Virus record (IMG/VR): IMGVR_UViG_3300025450_001231
Length of the DNA: 64,000 bases
Reading direction: 5' to 3' (one strand)
Origin: a virus
Lineage: Duplodnaviria > Caudoviricetes
In this document: in pieces, positions 7,541-15,674 of the stretch
How positions within the stretch are numbered: the stretch's first letter is position 1
Layout of the letters: each line of letters starts with the position of its first letter
Made by a program: the position numbers and the translations under genes
Notes under the pieces: generated by a model
Databases searched by the model: none
The model's input: the letters and a program-made list of their open reading frames with translations, nothing else
What the model was told of the DNA's origin: nothing

Positions 7541-7562
7541 CCGCTTCGGCGGGTTTCTTTTT
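7539..7562 (+). terminator. intrinsic terminator after tmRNA
   Basis: ACCCGC-TTCG-GCGGGT followed by T-rich tract. Confidence 0.9.
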
Positions 7563-7590
7563 GAGTAAATACTTTTTTAATCAACTAATT

Positions 7591-8367
7591 ATGAAAATAG
7601 GTATCATCGGTTTAGGCTATGTTGGATCAGCAGTAGCCGCAAGTTACGACCCAGACCAATTATTGATCAACGATCCCGCTAAATCAAATTCTTTGCCCAT
7701 CGAAGTACTCAAAGCACAATGCGATGCAATATTTGTATGTGTGCCAACTCCGCAAAGCTCAAACGGTGCGTGCAATACCAGTATATTGGAATCTGTTATA
7801 GCACAGTTAGAAGGCTACACTGGCATTGTTATTGCTAAAAGTACTGCAAGTCCATTAGTTTATCAACAATTAGAAGCCACTTCAGGACTGAAATTGGCCC
7901 ACGTTCCAGAGTTTTTAACACAGGCTAATGCAATTGCAGATTATTTGAATCCCCATAAAATTGTAATCGGATCTAGTTCCAGTATTGCTACTGAAGTGTC
8001 AGATGTAATTATCCGCAGTAAAGTTACTTTTAATCAAAAAATAAACTACTGCTCAATTGGCGAAGCAGCGTTTTTCAAATATATGGCCAATACCTTTTTG
8101 GCCATGAAGGTTGTTATGAACAATGAGTACTATGACCTTGCTCAACAGATGAATTTGAATTGGGAAGTACTCAGCGGTATAGCACAGTACGACACTAGAC
8201 TGGGCGACAGTCATTGGCGTGTGCCCGGACCGGATGGTAGTCGTGGATTCGGTGGTGCGTGCTTTCCAAAAGATACTCAAGCATTGGCATATTTGGCAAA
8301 AGATCTAGGCGTAGATCTAGCTGTTTTAACAGCTGCTATTGACAAGAACCAAGCATATCGTATATAA
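7591..8367 (+). CDS. ugd: UDP-glucose/GDP-mannose dehydrogenase family protein lacking C-terminal domain (start moved to ATG 7591)
   Basis: GIIGLGYVG, CVPTP, KST, PEFL, GFGGACFPKD; TAAATA at 7566. Confidence 0.85.
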   Translation: MKIGIIGLGYVGSAVAASYDPDQLLINDPAKSNSLPIEVLKAQCDAIFVCVPTPQSSNGACNTSILESVIAQLEGYTGIVIAKSTASPLVYQQLEATSGLKLAHVPEFLTQANAIADYLNPHKIVIGSSSSIATEVSDVIIRSKVTFNQKINYCSIGEAAFFKYMANTFLAMKVVMNNEYYDLAQQMNLNWEVLSGIAQYDTRLGDSHWRVPGPDGSRGFGGACFPKDTQALAYLAKDLGVDLAVLTAAIDKNQAYRI

Positions 8368-8390
8368 TTGCTACTCAGTGTTTCTACTGA

Positions 8391-8398
8391 TATAAATA
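8391..8398 (+). promoter_or_regulatory. T4-like late promoter
   Basis: TATAAATA upstream of AAGGA SD of rubrerythrin. Confidence 0.65.
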
Positions 8399-8429
8399 AA
8401 TATACAGTATTCAACAAGAAGGAAAAATT

Positions 8430-8879
8430 ATGTCTATCACAATTAAAAACTTAGAATCAGCGTTTGCTGGTGAGAGTCAAGCTCACACCAAATACCGCTA
8501 CTTTGCAAAAATCGCTCGTGAAAATGGTCACGAAGATATTGCACAACATTTTGAACATACCGCAGACCAAGAGTTGCTACACGCTTGGGGTCATTTGGAA
8601 TTGCTAATTGGCAAGCCCACTACTGCAGAATGTTTGCAAAAAGCCATTGATGGCGAAACTTACGAGTTTACCACAATGTATCCAGGGTTCAAAGCAGAAG
8701 CAGAAGCTGAAGGTAATGCTCCAGCAGCCGCAGAAGCTGATACTCAAATTGCAGAATCAAAAGAACACGCAGAGCAATTTGCGGCTATTCTTGCCAAAGC
8801 AGAAAAGCGTTTTGCAGCATTGACCAAAATCGAAGCTCGCCACGCAGCTGCTTATCAATCTAAATTGGAGACACTATAA
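8430..8879 (+). CDS. rbr: rubrerythrin (ferritin-like diiron domain only)
   Basis: AFAGESQA..KY..FA..A, E..HA, E.YE...MYP, E..HA, E..HA ligand pattern. Confidence 0.9.
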   Translation: MSITIKNLESAFAGESQAHTKYRYFAKIARENGHEDIAQHFEHTADQELLHAWGHLELLIGKPTTAECLQKAIDGETYEFTTMYPGFKAEAEAEGNAPAAAEADTQIAESKEHAEQFAAILAKAEKRFAALTKIEARHAAAYQSKLETL

Positions 8880-9019
8880 TGAGCAACGAAACTACTATTA
8901 TTTGTGTGGTCTGTGGCCACGTGCACGACGAAGCTACTGAAGGTGCTTGGGACTCTCTGCCCGAGGATTTTACTTGCCCCGAGTGCGGATGCGGTAAAGA
9001 AGACTACATTACAGAGTAA
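8879..9019 (+). CDS. rubredoxin (46 aa, not in ORF track)
   Basis: MSNETTIICVVCGHVHD...WDSLPEDFTCPECGCGKEDY. Confidence 0.9.
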   Translation: MSNETTIICVVCGHVHDEATEGAWDSLPEDFTCPECGCGKEDYITE

Positions 9020-9047
9020 TACCTAAGTATTACTTTTTGTGTTGCAA

Positions 9048-9071
9048 AAAACCCACAGAAATGTGGGTTTT
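9048..9071 (+). terminator. intrinsic terminator
   Basis: AAAACCCACA-GAAA-TGTGGGTTTT then T-rich. Confidence 0.85.
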
Positions 9072-9074
9072 ATT

Positions 9075-9103
9075 TTGACTGAAATATCAAATACTGTTAT
9101 AAT
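9075..9103 (+). promoter_or_regulatory. sigma70 promoter
   Basis: TTGACT-17-TATAAT. Confidence 0.8.
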
Positions 9104-9125
9104 ATACTATCAAGTAAGGAGAAGT

Positions 9126-9473
9126 ATGTATAAGTTTTTTCAAGAAACAACAAAATGGTCGGACAGTACCCCGAATCACACATACGTTATGACTCCAGAT
9201 AAAAGTAAGGCAATAGGCTACATCAAGGCTGGCACAAAGTCTGTATTTAAGTTTAGTCAACCTATGCGTATTGACACCCGACACCGAACATTTAAGGTCT
9301 TACCCGATGACGCTTTTGCAATGACAGCGGAAATAGATCCAGCCGTCAAAACTCGGGAAGTCATAGGCTCAAAAGGTGATGTATATTATATAACCGACGA
9401 TGGTAATCAAATTACCTGTAGTTGCAGTGGATTCAAATTTCGTGGTAAGTGCAAGCACATTGTAGGAGCATAA
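9126..9473 (+). CDS. SWIM zinc-finger protein (start moved to ATG 9126)
   Basis: C-terminal CSCSGFKFRGKCKH; AAGGAG SD. Confidence 0.75.
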   Translation: MYKFFQETTKWSDSTPNHTYVMTPDKSKAIGYIKAGTKSVFKFSQPMRIDTRHRTFKVLPDDAFAMTAEIDPAVKTREVIGSKGDVYYITDDGNQITCSCSGFKFRGKCKHIVGA

Positions 9474-9474
9474 A

Positions 9475-9714
9475 ATGGCCAGTAAACCTCTTCCCGTACA
9501 CAAAGACAAATTAGGCCAGGATCTTGATTTAGATGATTGTGTGGCATTTCCTGACAGTAACACATTGTTTATTGGAAAAGTCATTAAACTTCATCCCAAA
9601 TTGGTTACTGTTGTTAAACTTGGCGGTCTTTGGCAATTTGAAACTCGTAAATATCCCGGAGATTTGATCAAACTAGAATCCGACAAGCTGACATTTTATT
9701 TGTTAAGACACTAA
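9475..9714 (+). CDS. hypothetical protein (SH3/KOW-like)
   Basis: DKLGQDL.LDD.V pattern; AGGAG SD. Confidence 0.55.
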   Translation: MASKPLPVHKDKLGQDLDLDDCVAFPDSNTLFIGKVIKLHPKLVTVVKLGGLWQFETRKYPGDLIKLESDKLTFYLLRH

Positions 9715-9721
9715 TAATCTG

Positions 9722-9750
9722 TTGACACCCTGTGCTAAATTTGTTATAAT
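9722..9750 (+). promoter_or_regulatory. sigma70 promoter
   Basis: TTGACA-17-TATAAT. Confidence 0.85.
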
Positions 9751-9772
9751 GTATGTATATTAAGGAGCCAAA

Positions 9773-11086
9773 ATGAGTAACTGTGCTGAGCATATTTGGG
9801 ATTTGGAAAGTCATCCTAGTCGCCTTAATAAAGAAGCGATCATCGAAGCCATTGCTGAATCGGGCAATGACGAGTTTTTTGAAGGTTGCAGACTAGCACT
9901 TGACCCAATGATTACCTTTGGGCTAAAAGCAATTAAGGAAAAAACAAATGAAGATGGTCCTGGTTTGTCTTGGGATAATTTTATTAGTGTTGTTGGCGGT
10001 TTTATTAATCGTACAATTACCGGTAACTCAGCAAGGAATGCTATTGATCAGATGATTGAACAGGCCACTCAAAAAGAGTGGAATGGTTGGTATCGTCGTA
10101 TACTAATCAAAGACCTGCGTTGTGGTGTTAGCGAAAAAACAGTTAATAAAGTAGTGGAGAAAAAATATGCTCGTTACAGTATTCCCGTATTTGGCTGCCA
10201 GCTTGCTCATGACAGTGCTAATCATGAAACTAAAGTCCAAGGAAAAAAACTTATCGAAGTCAAACTGGATGGTGTACGTGTTATCACAATTGTCTATCCT
10301 GATGCTCGCGTTAATCAATTTAGTCGCAACGGCAAAGAGCTGGTCAATTTTCCCCATATAGTTGAACAATTTGCTGCCATTGCACCCTCACTGACTGAAC
10401 CCTGGGTGTTTGATGGTGAGATTATGAGCAGTAGTTTCCAAGACTTGATGAAACAGGTACATCGCAAGGACAATGTCAAGGCCAATGACGCAGTACTTAA
10501 TTTGTTTGATTGGATGAAACTATCCGACTTTGAAGCAGGTATCTGTACAATGAGTCAAGATATCCGTAGTAGAGGATTGGAAGTTTGGTACAACAGTCAC
10601 CAGTCAGTGTTGCCTAATATAACCATTGTAGGGCGTGAACTAGTGGACTTGGATTCCGACGAAGGGCAAACAAGATTTCGAGAAATCAATGCAGCCGCAG
10701 TAGCCGGAGGCTACGAAGGTATTATGATCAAAGATCCTTCTGCCGCTTATGAATGTAAACGTAGTGTAGCCTGGCTCAAACTAAAACCTTTTATCGAAGT
10801 TAGCCTTACTGTAGTTGCAGTAGAAGAAGGCACTGGCCGCAATGTAGGTAAACTGGGTGCACTGGTATGTGAAGGCGTCGACGATGACAAACAAATTCGA
10901 GTCAATGTAGGCTCGGGATTTAGTGACAGTGATCGCGACAGTTATTATCAATCAAAGGATACTTTACTTGGTCAAATAGTTGAGGTACGTGCTGATGCAG
11001 TTACACAAAATCAAGATGGCACTTATAGTCTTCGTTTTCCGAGGTTCCTACATTTCCGTGGCTTCATGGCTGGCGAAAAAATCTAA
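9773..11086 (+). CDS. lig: ATP-dependent DNA ligase
   Basis: motif I EVKLDGVR, DGEI, YEGIMIK, WLKLK, OB-fold SLRFPRF. Confidence 0.95.
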   Translation: MSNCAEHIWDLESHPSRLNKEAIIEAIAESGNDEFFEGCRLALDPMITFGLKAIKEKTNEDGPGLSWDNFISVVGGFINRTITGNSARNAIDQMIEQATQKEWNGWYRRILIKDLRCGVSEKTVNKVVEKKYARYSIPVFGCQLAHDSANHETKVQGKKLIEVKLDGVRVITIVYPDARVNQFSRNGKELVNFPHIVEQFAAIAPSLTEPWVFDGEIMSSSFQDLMKQVHRKDNVKANDAVLNLFDWMKLSDFEAGICTMSQDIRSRGLEVWYNSHQSVLPNITIVGRELVDLDSDEGQTRFREINAAAVAGGYEGIMIKDPSAAYECKRSVAWLKLKPFIEVSLTVVAVEEGTGRNVGKLGALVCEGVDDDKQIRVNVGSGFSDSDRDSYYQSKDTLLGQIVEVRADAVTQNQDGTYSLRFPRFLHFRGFMAGEKI

Positions 11087-11102
11087 GTTGGGCAATTTGT
11101 TT

Positions 11103-11336
11103 ATGAATAGGCAAGCAATTAAAGATACATTGTATGGTGGCATAATTGAGATGACACAAAATCGCCGCTACTACTATACCAGCGGAATAGGTACTGCATA
11201 TAGTCATTGGACCACAGAAGGTGAAACAGAATTGCTGGCCTATATCAAAACCATGACCAAACTGATGAAAGAAGCCGAGGCAACCGATTTAGATGAACGT
11301 GCGAAAAATTTAGTAATGAAAGGACTTTCAGAATGA
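11103..11336 (+). CDS. hypothetical protein (start moved to ATG 11103)
   Basis: ORF after ligase stop, overlaps next ATG. Confidence 0.55.
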   Translation: MNRQAIKDTLYGGIIEMTQNRRYYYTSGIGTAYSHWTTEGETELLAYIKTMTKLMKEAEATDLDERAKNLVMKGLSE

Positions 11337-11515
11337 GTAAATTCAGAGAATGGTATTTGGACTACGATACACAAATCACTTGGTTTATCCTGGGTGTTAC
11401 ATTTGATGTATTTTTAACCTGCATTAGTCAGGGCGAGTGGATCGGTGCTGGCATTGAAGCACTGGTATTCTTTTTGTTAGCGTCTATGGAATATTACAAG
11501 GTGAAACCACAATGA
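11333..11515 (+). CDS. small two-pass membrane protein
   Basis: two hydrophobic stretches in 60 aa. Confidence 0.55.
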   Translation: MSKFREWYLDYDTQITWFILGVTFDVFLTCISQGEWIGAGIEALVFFLLASMEYYKVKPQ

Positions 11516-11781
11516 TAGACACAATGACCCAAGACGAAAGATACACTTACTTTAGACAACAGTTGCAGGACAACATCTGTGAAGTCACATTTACCAAAGT
11601 AAACGGTGAAGTTAGAGTAATGCCCTGTACTCTACGAGCAGATATTTTGCCTGTTGTAGAAAACAAGCAAACAAAAGTTTCGGAACCAAAAACCGAAACA
11701 ATCAGTGTTTTTTGTACCGACAAAAAAGAATGGCGTAGTTTTCGAACAATGAACGTCACAGGTTTGGTAATATTAAACTAA
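11512..11781 (+). CDS. WYL_2/Sm-like phage protein
   Basis: VTFTKVNGEVRVM.CT ... V....KKEWRSFR. Confidence 0.7.
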   Translation: MIDTMTQDERYTYFRQQLQDNICEVTFTKVNGEVRVMPCTLRADILPVVENKQTKVSEPKTETISVFCTDKKEWRSFRTMNVTGLVILN

Positions 11782-11799
11782 AAACGGCAAAACAAAGTA

Positions 11800-11828
11800 T
11801 TGCAATTAGACAATTAAACTGTTATACT
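11800..11828 (+). promoter_or_regulatory. sigma70 promoter
   Basis: TTGCAA-17-TATACT. Confidence 0.65.
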
Positions 11829-11873
11829 ATGTCTAACTGTACAAAAACAGTAATTATTTTATAAGGAATTAAT

Positions 11874-12137
11874 ATGATGTTTTCGACAAAAACTAAGACA
11901 CACAAATTGTTATCAGCACTTCAAGCTGGTGAAGTTTTGACTCCCAGCCAAATCAGCAAGCGTTTCAGCATTGGTAATCCAAGTGCAGAAGTTACACGCA
12001 TTCGTCAAGCTGGTTTCGTTGTTTATGCTAACAAGCGTAAAGCAGGCAATGGTGTAGTTGTTACCGAATACCGTACTGGTAAAGCAAGTCGTGCATTGAT
12101 TGCAGCTGGCTACAAAGCCTTGTCAATGGGCATTTAA
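11874..12137 (+). CDS. winged-helix-like DNA-binding protein
   Basis: LLSALQAGEVLTPSQISKRFSIGNPSAEVTRIR. Confidence 0.6.
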   Translation: MMFSTKTKTHKLLSALQAGEVLTPSQISKRFSIGNPSAEVTRIRQAGFVVYANKRKAGNGVVVTEYRTGKASRALIAAGYKALSMGI

Positions 12138-12155
12138 TAGTACACGGTGCTAGTC

Positions 12156-12180
12156 AAAAAGGCACTTAGGTGCCTTTTTT
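12156..12180. terminator. bidirectional intrinsic terminator
   Basis: AAAAAGGCAC-TTAG-GTGCCTTTTTT. Confidence 0.9.
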
Positions 12181-12195
12181 TATATAGGAAGAATC

Positions 12196-13044
12196 ATGAC
12201 ACTTACAGTTAATTTAATCAGCGATTTACATTTAGAATTTGCAGACTTGGAATTACCAGGCGGCGATGTCTTGATTCTATCCGGCGATGTTTGTGAAGCC
12301 AAAAATATCAAACAAGAAAACTATAACCCCAATATGGTGGTGTTGCCCACCGAAAGACCTGATCGAAGGATCGACCGTTTTGCAAGGTTCTTCAACGAAG
12401 AATGTGTAAAGTATCGGCAAGTGTTGTATGTTATGGGCAATCACGAGCATTACCATTTTAAGTTTAATAATACTTACAATTATATTACTGACAATATTCC
12501 CAGTAATGTTCGCCTGTTGGAAAAAGAAACTGTGGAAATAGACGGTGTGGTATTCATCGGAGCTACACTTTGGACAGACTTGAATGGTAATGATCCTATC
12601 ACTGATTATACTCTTAGAACTCAAATGAATGACTATAAGGTAATTACCAATCATTACAAAGATCGCGATTCGTATTTTAGGCTGCAGCCCGAAGTAACTT
12701 ATCGAGATCACCAAGCGGCTGTTAAATATATTGACGATACAGTTAAACTAAATTACAATAAACCTTGTGTAGTGGTCACACACCACAGTCCCAGTAGGCG
12801 TAGTATGAAACCAATGTATGAAGGAGACTATCATATGAATGGTGGATACAGCAGTAATTTGGAATGGCTTATGGAACAAAATAAAAATCTGCGAGTGTGG
12901 ACACACGGCCATACACACGATTTTTTCGACTATACTGTTGAACAATGCCGTGTGGTATGTAATCCACGTGGCTATGCTGGATATGAACAACGCAGCCGAG
13001 AGTTTGATCCCGGTTTTGCTTTTACTATTAATAATCAACTATGA
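12196..13044 (+). CDS. calcineurin-like metallophosphoesterase
   Basis: SDLH, GD, GNHE, THH, HGHTH motifs. Confidence 0.9.
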   Translation: MTLTVNLISDLHLEFADLELPGGDVLILSGDVCEAKNIKQENYNPNMVVLPTERPDRRIDRFARFFNEECVKYRQVLYVMGNHEHYHFKFNNTYNYITDNIPSNVRLLEKETVEIDGVVFIGATLWTDLNGNDPITDYTLRTQMNDYKVITNHYKDRDSYFRLQPEVTYRDHQAAVKYIDDTVKLNYNKPCVVVTHHSPSRRSMKPMYEGDYHMNGGYSSNLEWLMEQNKNLRVWTHGHTHDFFDYTVEQCRVVCNPRGYAGYEQRSREFDPGFAFTINNQL

Positions 13045-13508
13045 GCGACAATTTTGACGGAAATGTAATAACTATCTCAGGGTACGGCGGCATAAGCGGA
13101 CTTAGCACCGGTTCTTCAGGGCAACTGTTGACTGTTGGGTGTACCGGTTCTTCCAGTTGGAACAATATTAGTATTGCCCCGTCTTCTAGTTATTATTCTA
13201 TTGGCGGTAGCAATGGCATTAACAATAATTGGTCTAGTGCGCTAAGTGCTTCGAGTGCTAGTATTGCCAAAGTAGAAGTAAACGAAAACGGTATTACTAT
13301 GAACGAAGGCACAGATATCAAACTGGGTAATATCAGTTTAATAGATTCGCTTCAAAGAATTGAAAGTCGCTTGGCTATCCTGAAACCTGACAAAGATTTA
13401 GAAAAGGATTGGGAAGAACTCAAACGACTAGGAGATGCTTACCGTGAACTTGAAAAAGAAATAAAAGAAAAAATCATCACTTGGGATATCCTGAAAAAGG
13501 AAGATTGA
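13041..13508 (+). CDS. hypothetical protein with Ser/Gly-rich N-terminus and coiled-coil C-terminus
   Basis: 155 aa; low-complexity start, LKRLGDAYRELEKEI end. Confidence 0.6.
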   Translation: MSDNFDGNVITISGYGGISGLSTGSSGQLLTVGCTGSSSWNNISIAPSSSYYSIGGSNGINNNWSSALSASSASIAKVEVNENGITMNEGTDIKLGNISLIDSLQRIESRLAILKPDKDLEKDWEELKRLGDAYRELEKEIKEKIITWDILKKED

Positions 13509-13533
13509 CATTAATTCAAAAATGTGTTATAAT
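13505..13533 (+). promoter_or_regulatory. sigma70 promoter driving small-paralog array
   Basis: TTGACA-17-TATAAT, 5 nt before ATG 13539. Confidence 0.85.
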
Positions 13534-13538
13534 TACAT

Positions 13539-13718
13539 ATGACTACTGTAACTATAAGAGATGGTAAGACCAGCGTTTATGACGCAGTTCTTTGGTGCCA
13601 AGAACAATTTGGTGTTAAAAATTTTAATCTTGTAAATCAATTTCCCAGTTGGAATTGGGACTTCAATTTCAAGAATCCCCAACACGCAACACATTTTGCA
13701 CTGAAATGGTCACGCTAA
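13539..13718 (+). CDS. small F-x-L-K/R-W family protein (59 aa, not in ORF track)
   Basis: ends NPQHATHFALKWSR. Confidence 0.7.
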   Translation: MTTVTIRDGKTSVYDAVLWCQEQFGVKNFNLVNQFPSWNWDFNFKNPQHATHFALKWSR

Positions 13719-14017
13719 CTACCAAAGAATGGGCCGATATCTACATTCGGCTGTCCAAGGATTGTCCCCCAAGTTATCTGTTGATTAGTGAGGTCATGCG
13801 GCGTGAGTTGGGCTTTACTGTTCGCAGACATTCAGGCTACAGACCCAGGACAGCCCAAGAGCTAGATGACTACGACCGCAGTGATAATCGTTGGCATGAG
13901 ACTGAACGGGATCGTAAGTTCCACAGAGAGAATATCCAAAAGGATGTCATTTGTTTGGATTTTTACGATGATGTCAAAGAAACTTGGTTTCGTTTAAGGT
14001 ATTTAGATCGTGAATGA
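13706..14017 (+). CDS. small F-x-L-K/R-W family protein (start moved to ATG 13706)
   Basis: ends DDVKETWFRLRYLDRE. Confidence 0.65.
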   Translation: MVTLTTKEWADIYIRLSKDCPPSYLLISEVMRRELGFTVRRHSGYRPRTAQELDDYDRSDNRWHETERDRKFHRENIQKDVICLDFYDDVKETWFRLRYLDRE

Positions 14018-14237
14018 CATATTTGAAGGTTGGAAAAAGAGTCGATTTGTTCTTGCCAACGATGTATATGAGGAAAGCAAAAACATCTTATTGGTGCTGA
14101 CAGATGCAGCGTACTGGATTGATCACTATCATGAACTTGAAGAATGGTGCCAACAACATCAAGGACAGGCAGTGGGTATGACTGTTGAACTGCCCGATGA
14201 GGCCGCTCTGACATTATTCACCCTGAGGTGGTTATGA
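14010..14237 (+). CDS. small F-x-L-K/R-W family protein
   Basis: EWC...; ends DEAALTLFTLRWL. Confidence 0.7.
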   Translation: MNDIFEGWKKSRFVLANDVYEESKNILLVLTDAAYWIDHYHELEEWCQQHQGQAVGMTVELPDEAALTLFTLRWL

Positions 14238-14536
14238 CCACACATATAACAGCTGATCCTTTGTTCTCGCAAAAGTTTTGCAAGGCGTTTAATGGCGGAA
14301 AGTACAATATGGCAAGAAACAAAGTTAAAATAGAATGGGAACGACTACCCGGATTCAAATTGAGAGCGACTTGGACTCCGGGTCCCCGAGGTTTGGAAAT
14401 GGGACTAAATGAGTCAGATATGGACCCGATACAGGTCTGGAGCAAAGAAACTGGTTGTGGTGTTAGAATTAGTTTTAATATGTGGCGGTTCAGGACTCCT
14501 GAAGAAATGACTGCATTTTTGTTAAAGTGGTCATGA
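14228..14536 (+). CDS. small F-x-L-K/R-W family protein
   Basis: ends TPEEMTAFLLKWS; start uncertain. Confidence 0.65.
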   Translation: MVMTTHITADPLFSQKFCKAFNGGKYNMARNKVKIEWERLPGFKLRATWTPGPRGLEMGLNESDMDPIQVWSKETGCGVRISFNMWRFRTPEEMTAFLLKWS

Positions 14537-14736
14537 TAGCAGCCCAAGTGACTGTATCAGGTCTAAAAATCTCCAGGATGGTAGATTGGTGTTGTAAAAA
14601 TATTGGCAAGGAAGCACCCACCAAAGACACAGTTGACGACGACAGACCTTGGCATTGGAATTCGAATTTTCGTGACACCACCTTTTACTTTGCCGAAGAA
14701 AAATCGGCAACTTGGTTTAGTTTGGTGTGGTTGTAA
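14533..14736 (+). CDS. small F-x-L-K/R-W family protein
   Basis: DWC...; ends EEKSATWFSLVWL. Confidence 0.65.
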   Translation: MIAAQVTVSGLKISRMVDWCCKNIGKEAPTKDTVDDDRPWHWNSNFRDTTFYFAEEKSATWFSLVWL

Positions 14737-14757
14737 GTTGAAACTAAGGAGTTAAAT

Positions 14758-14868
14758 ATGTATATAACTAATTGCACAGGAGAAATCCGTTTACCCAATG
14801 AACCTGGCTTATTAGAATGGTTGCAGGAAAATTACCCTTACTCTAAATATAGGTTAGTCAATGTTTAA
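14758..14868 (+). CDS. 36-aa hypothetical protein (not in ORF track)
   Basis: AAGGAG SD; MYITNCTGEIRLPNEPGLLEWLQENYPYSKYRLVNV. Confidence 0.55.
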   Translation: MYITNCTGEIRLPNEPGLLEWLQENYPYSKYRLVNV

Positions 14869-15151
14869 GATTCCAATTTCAATACCACAAGCACATCTTG
14901 ATACCAGTGTGTTGCATCACCGTACAGAAGTAAAACGGCACCACTTGCAGGACAAGCATAATGCAGAAGTTTATACTTTTCACAAGGAAAAATACACTGA
15001 TTGGTATAACAATAAAATACGATTAGAGCACTTACACGAGTATCAAGACTATTTGGCTATCAATCAATACTTAAATCTAAAACGTCATATCGAGTATGGG
15101 CTATTTAGATACAGTATTACACTGGGTAATAATTTGGATGTTTATGTCTAA
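14861..15151 (+). CDS. hypothetical protein
   Basis: 96-aa His-rich ORF ending GNNLDVYV. Confidence 0.55.
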   Translation: MFKIPISIPQAHLDTSVLHHRTEVKRHHLQDKHNAEVYTFHKEKYTDWYNNKIRLEHLHEYQDYLAINQYLNLKRHIEYGLFRYSITLGNNLDVYV

Positions 15152-15410
15152 CGAATTGTATAGTGATTATTATCGCAGATTAGATACTATAATAGGCGAT
15201 GCCGATTTTTGGTATATGATGCGTCGGTGCAGGGAAACCGAGGGAGCCACTGCCTGCGAAACCAATACAGGTATGTTTGTATTTTTCCGAGACACCTACG
15301 GCATACAGTTGAGACTTGCCGACGGTGACCGTATGGAAAACATATCTAAGATAGTTGACATCGTAGATGAGCAGAAATATATGTTATTTTTATTAAAGTA
15401 TACACGATGA
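15144..15410 (+). CDS. small F-x-L-K/R-W family protein (start moved to ATG 15144)
   Basis: ends DEQKYMLFLLKYTR. Confidence 0.65.
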   Translation: MSNELYSDYYRRLDTIIGDADFWYMMRRCRETEGATACETNTGMFVFFRDTYGIQLRLADGDRMENISKIVDIVDEQKYMLFLLKYTR

Positions 15411-15670
15411 TCAGCACATTTTACGGATATGGAAGACCTAAAAACGAAGTATTAGAACACTGCTATCAATCGCATCTAAGTGATATAGCAGTACGAAAAT
15501 CCAAACTTGATTCGGATAAAATTAAAAAATGGGCCCAAGAACATTGTGAAAGTTTTATATGGATGGACGAAGATGAAGTAATGGATGTTAGTACACAATT
15601 TGATTATATCTATACTTTTTACTTTACCAAAGCCGAAGACCAAACACTTTTTGAACTGAAATTTAAGTAA
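15407..15670 (+). CDS. small F-x-L-K/R-W family protein
   Basis: ends KAEDQTLFELKFK. Confidence 0.65.
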   Translation: MISTFYGYGRPKNEVLEHCYQSHLSDIAVRKSKLDSDKIKKWAQEHCESFIWMDEDEVMDVSTQFDYIYTFYFTKAEDQTLFELKFK

Positions 15671-15674
15671 ATAC

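Noticed and set aside
9039-9125. ORF-track start at 9039 (similarly 39822, 7561, 4513, 34844)
   Set aside because: These extensions run through terminators, promoters or upstream genes; downstream starts have an SD or promoter support
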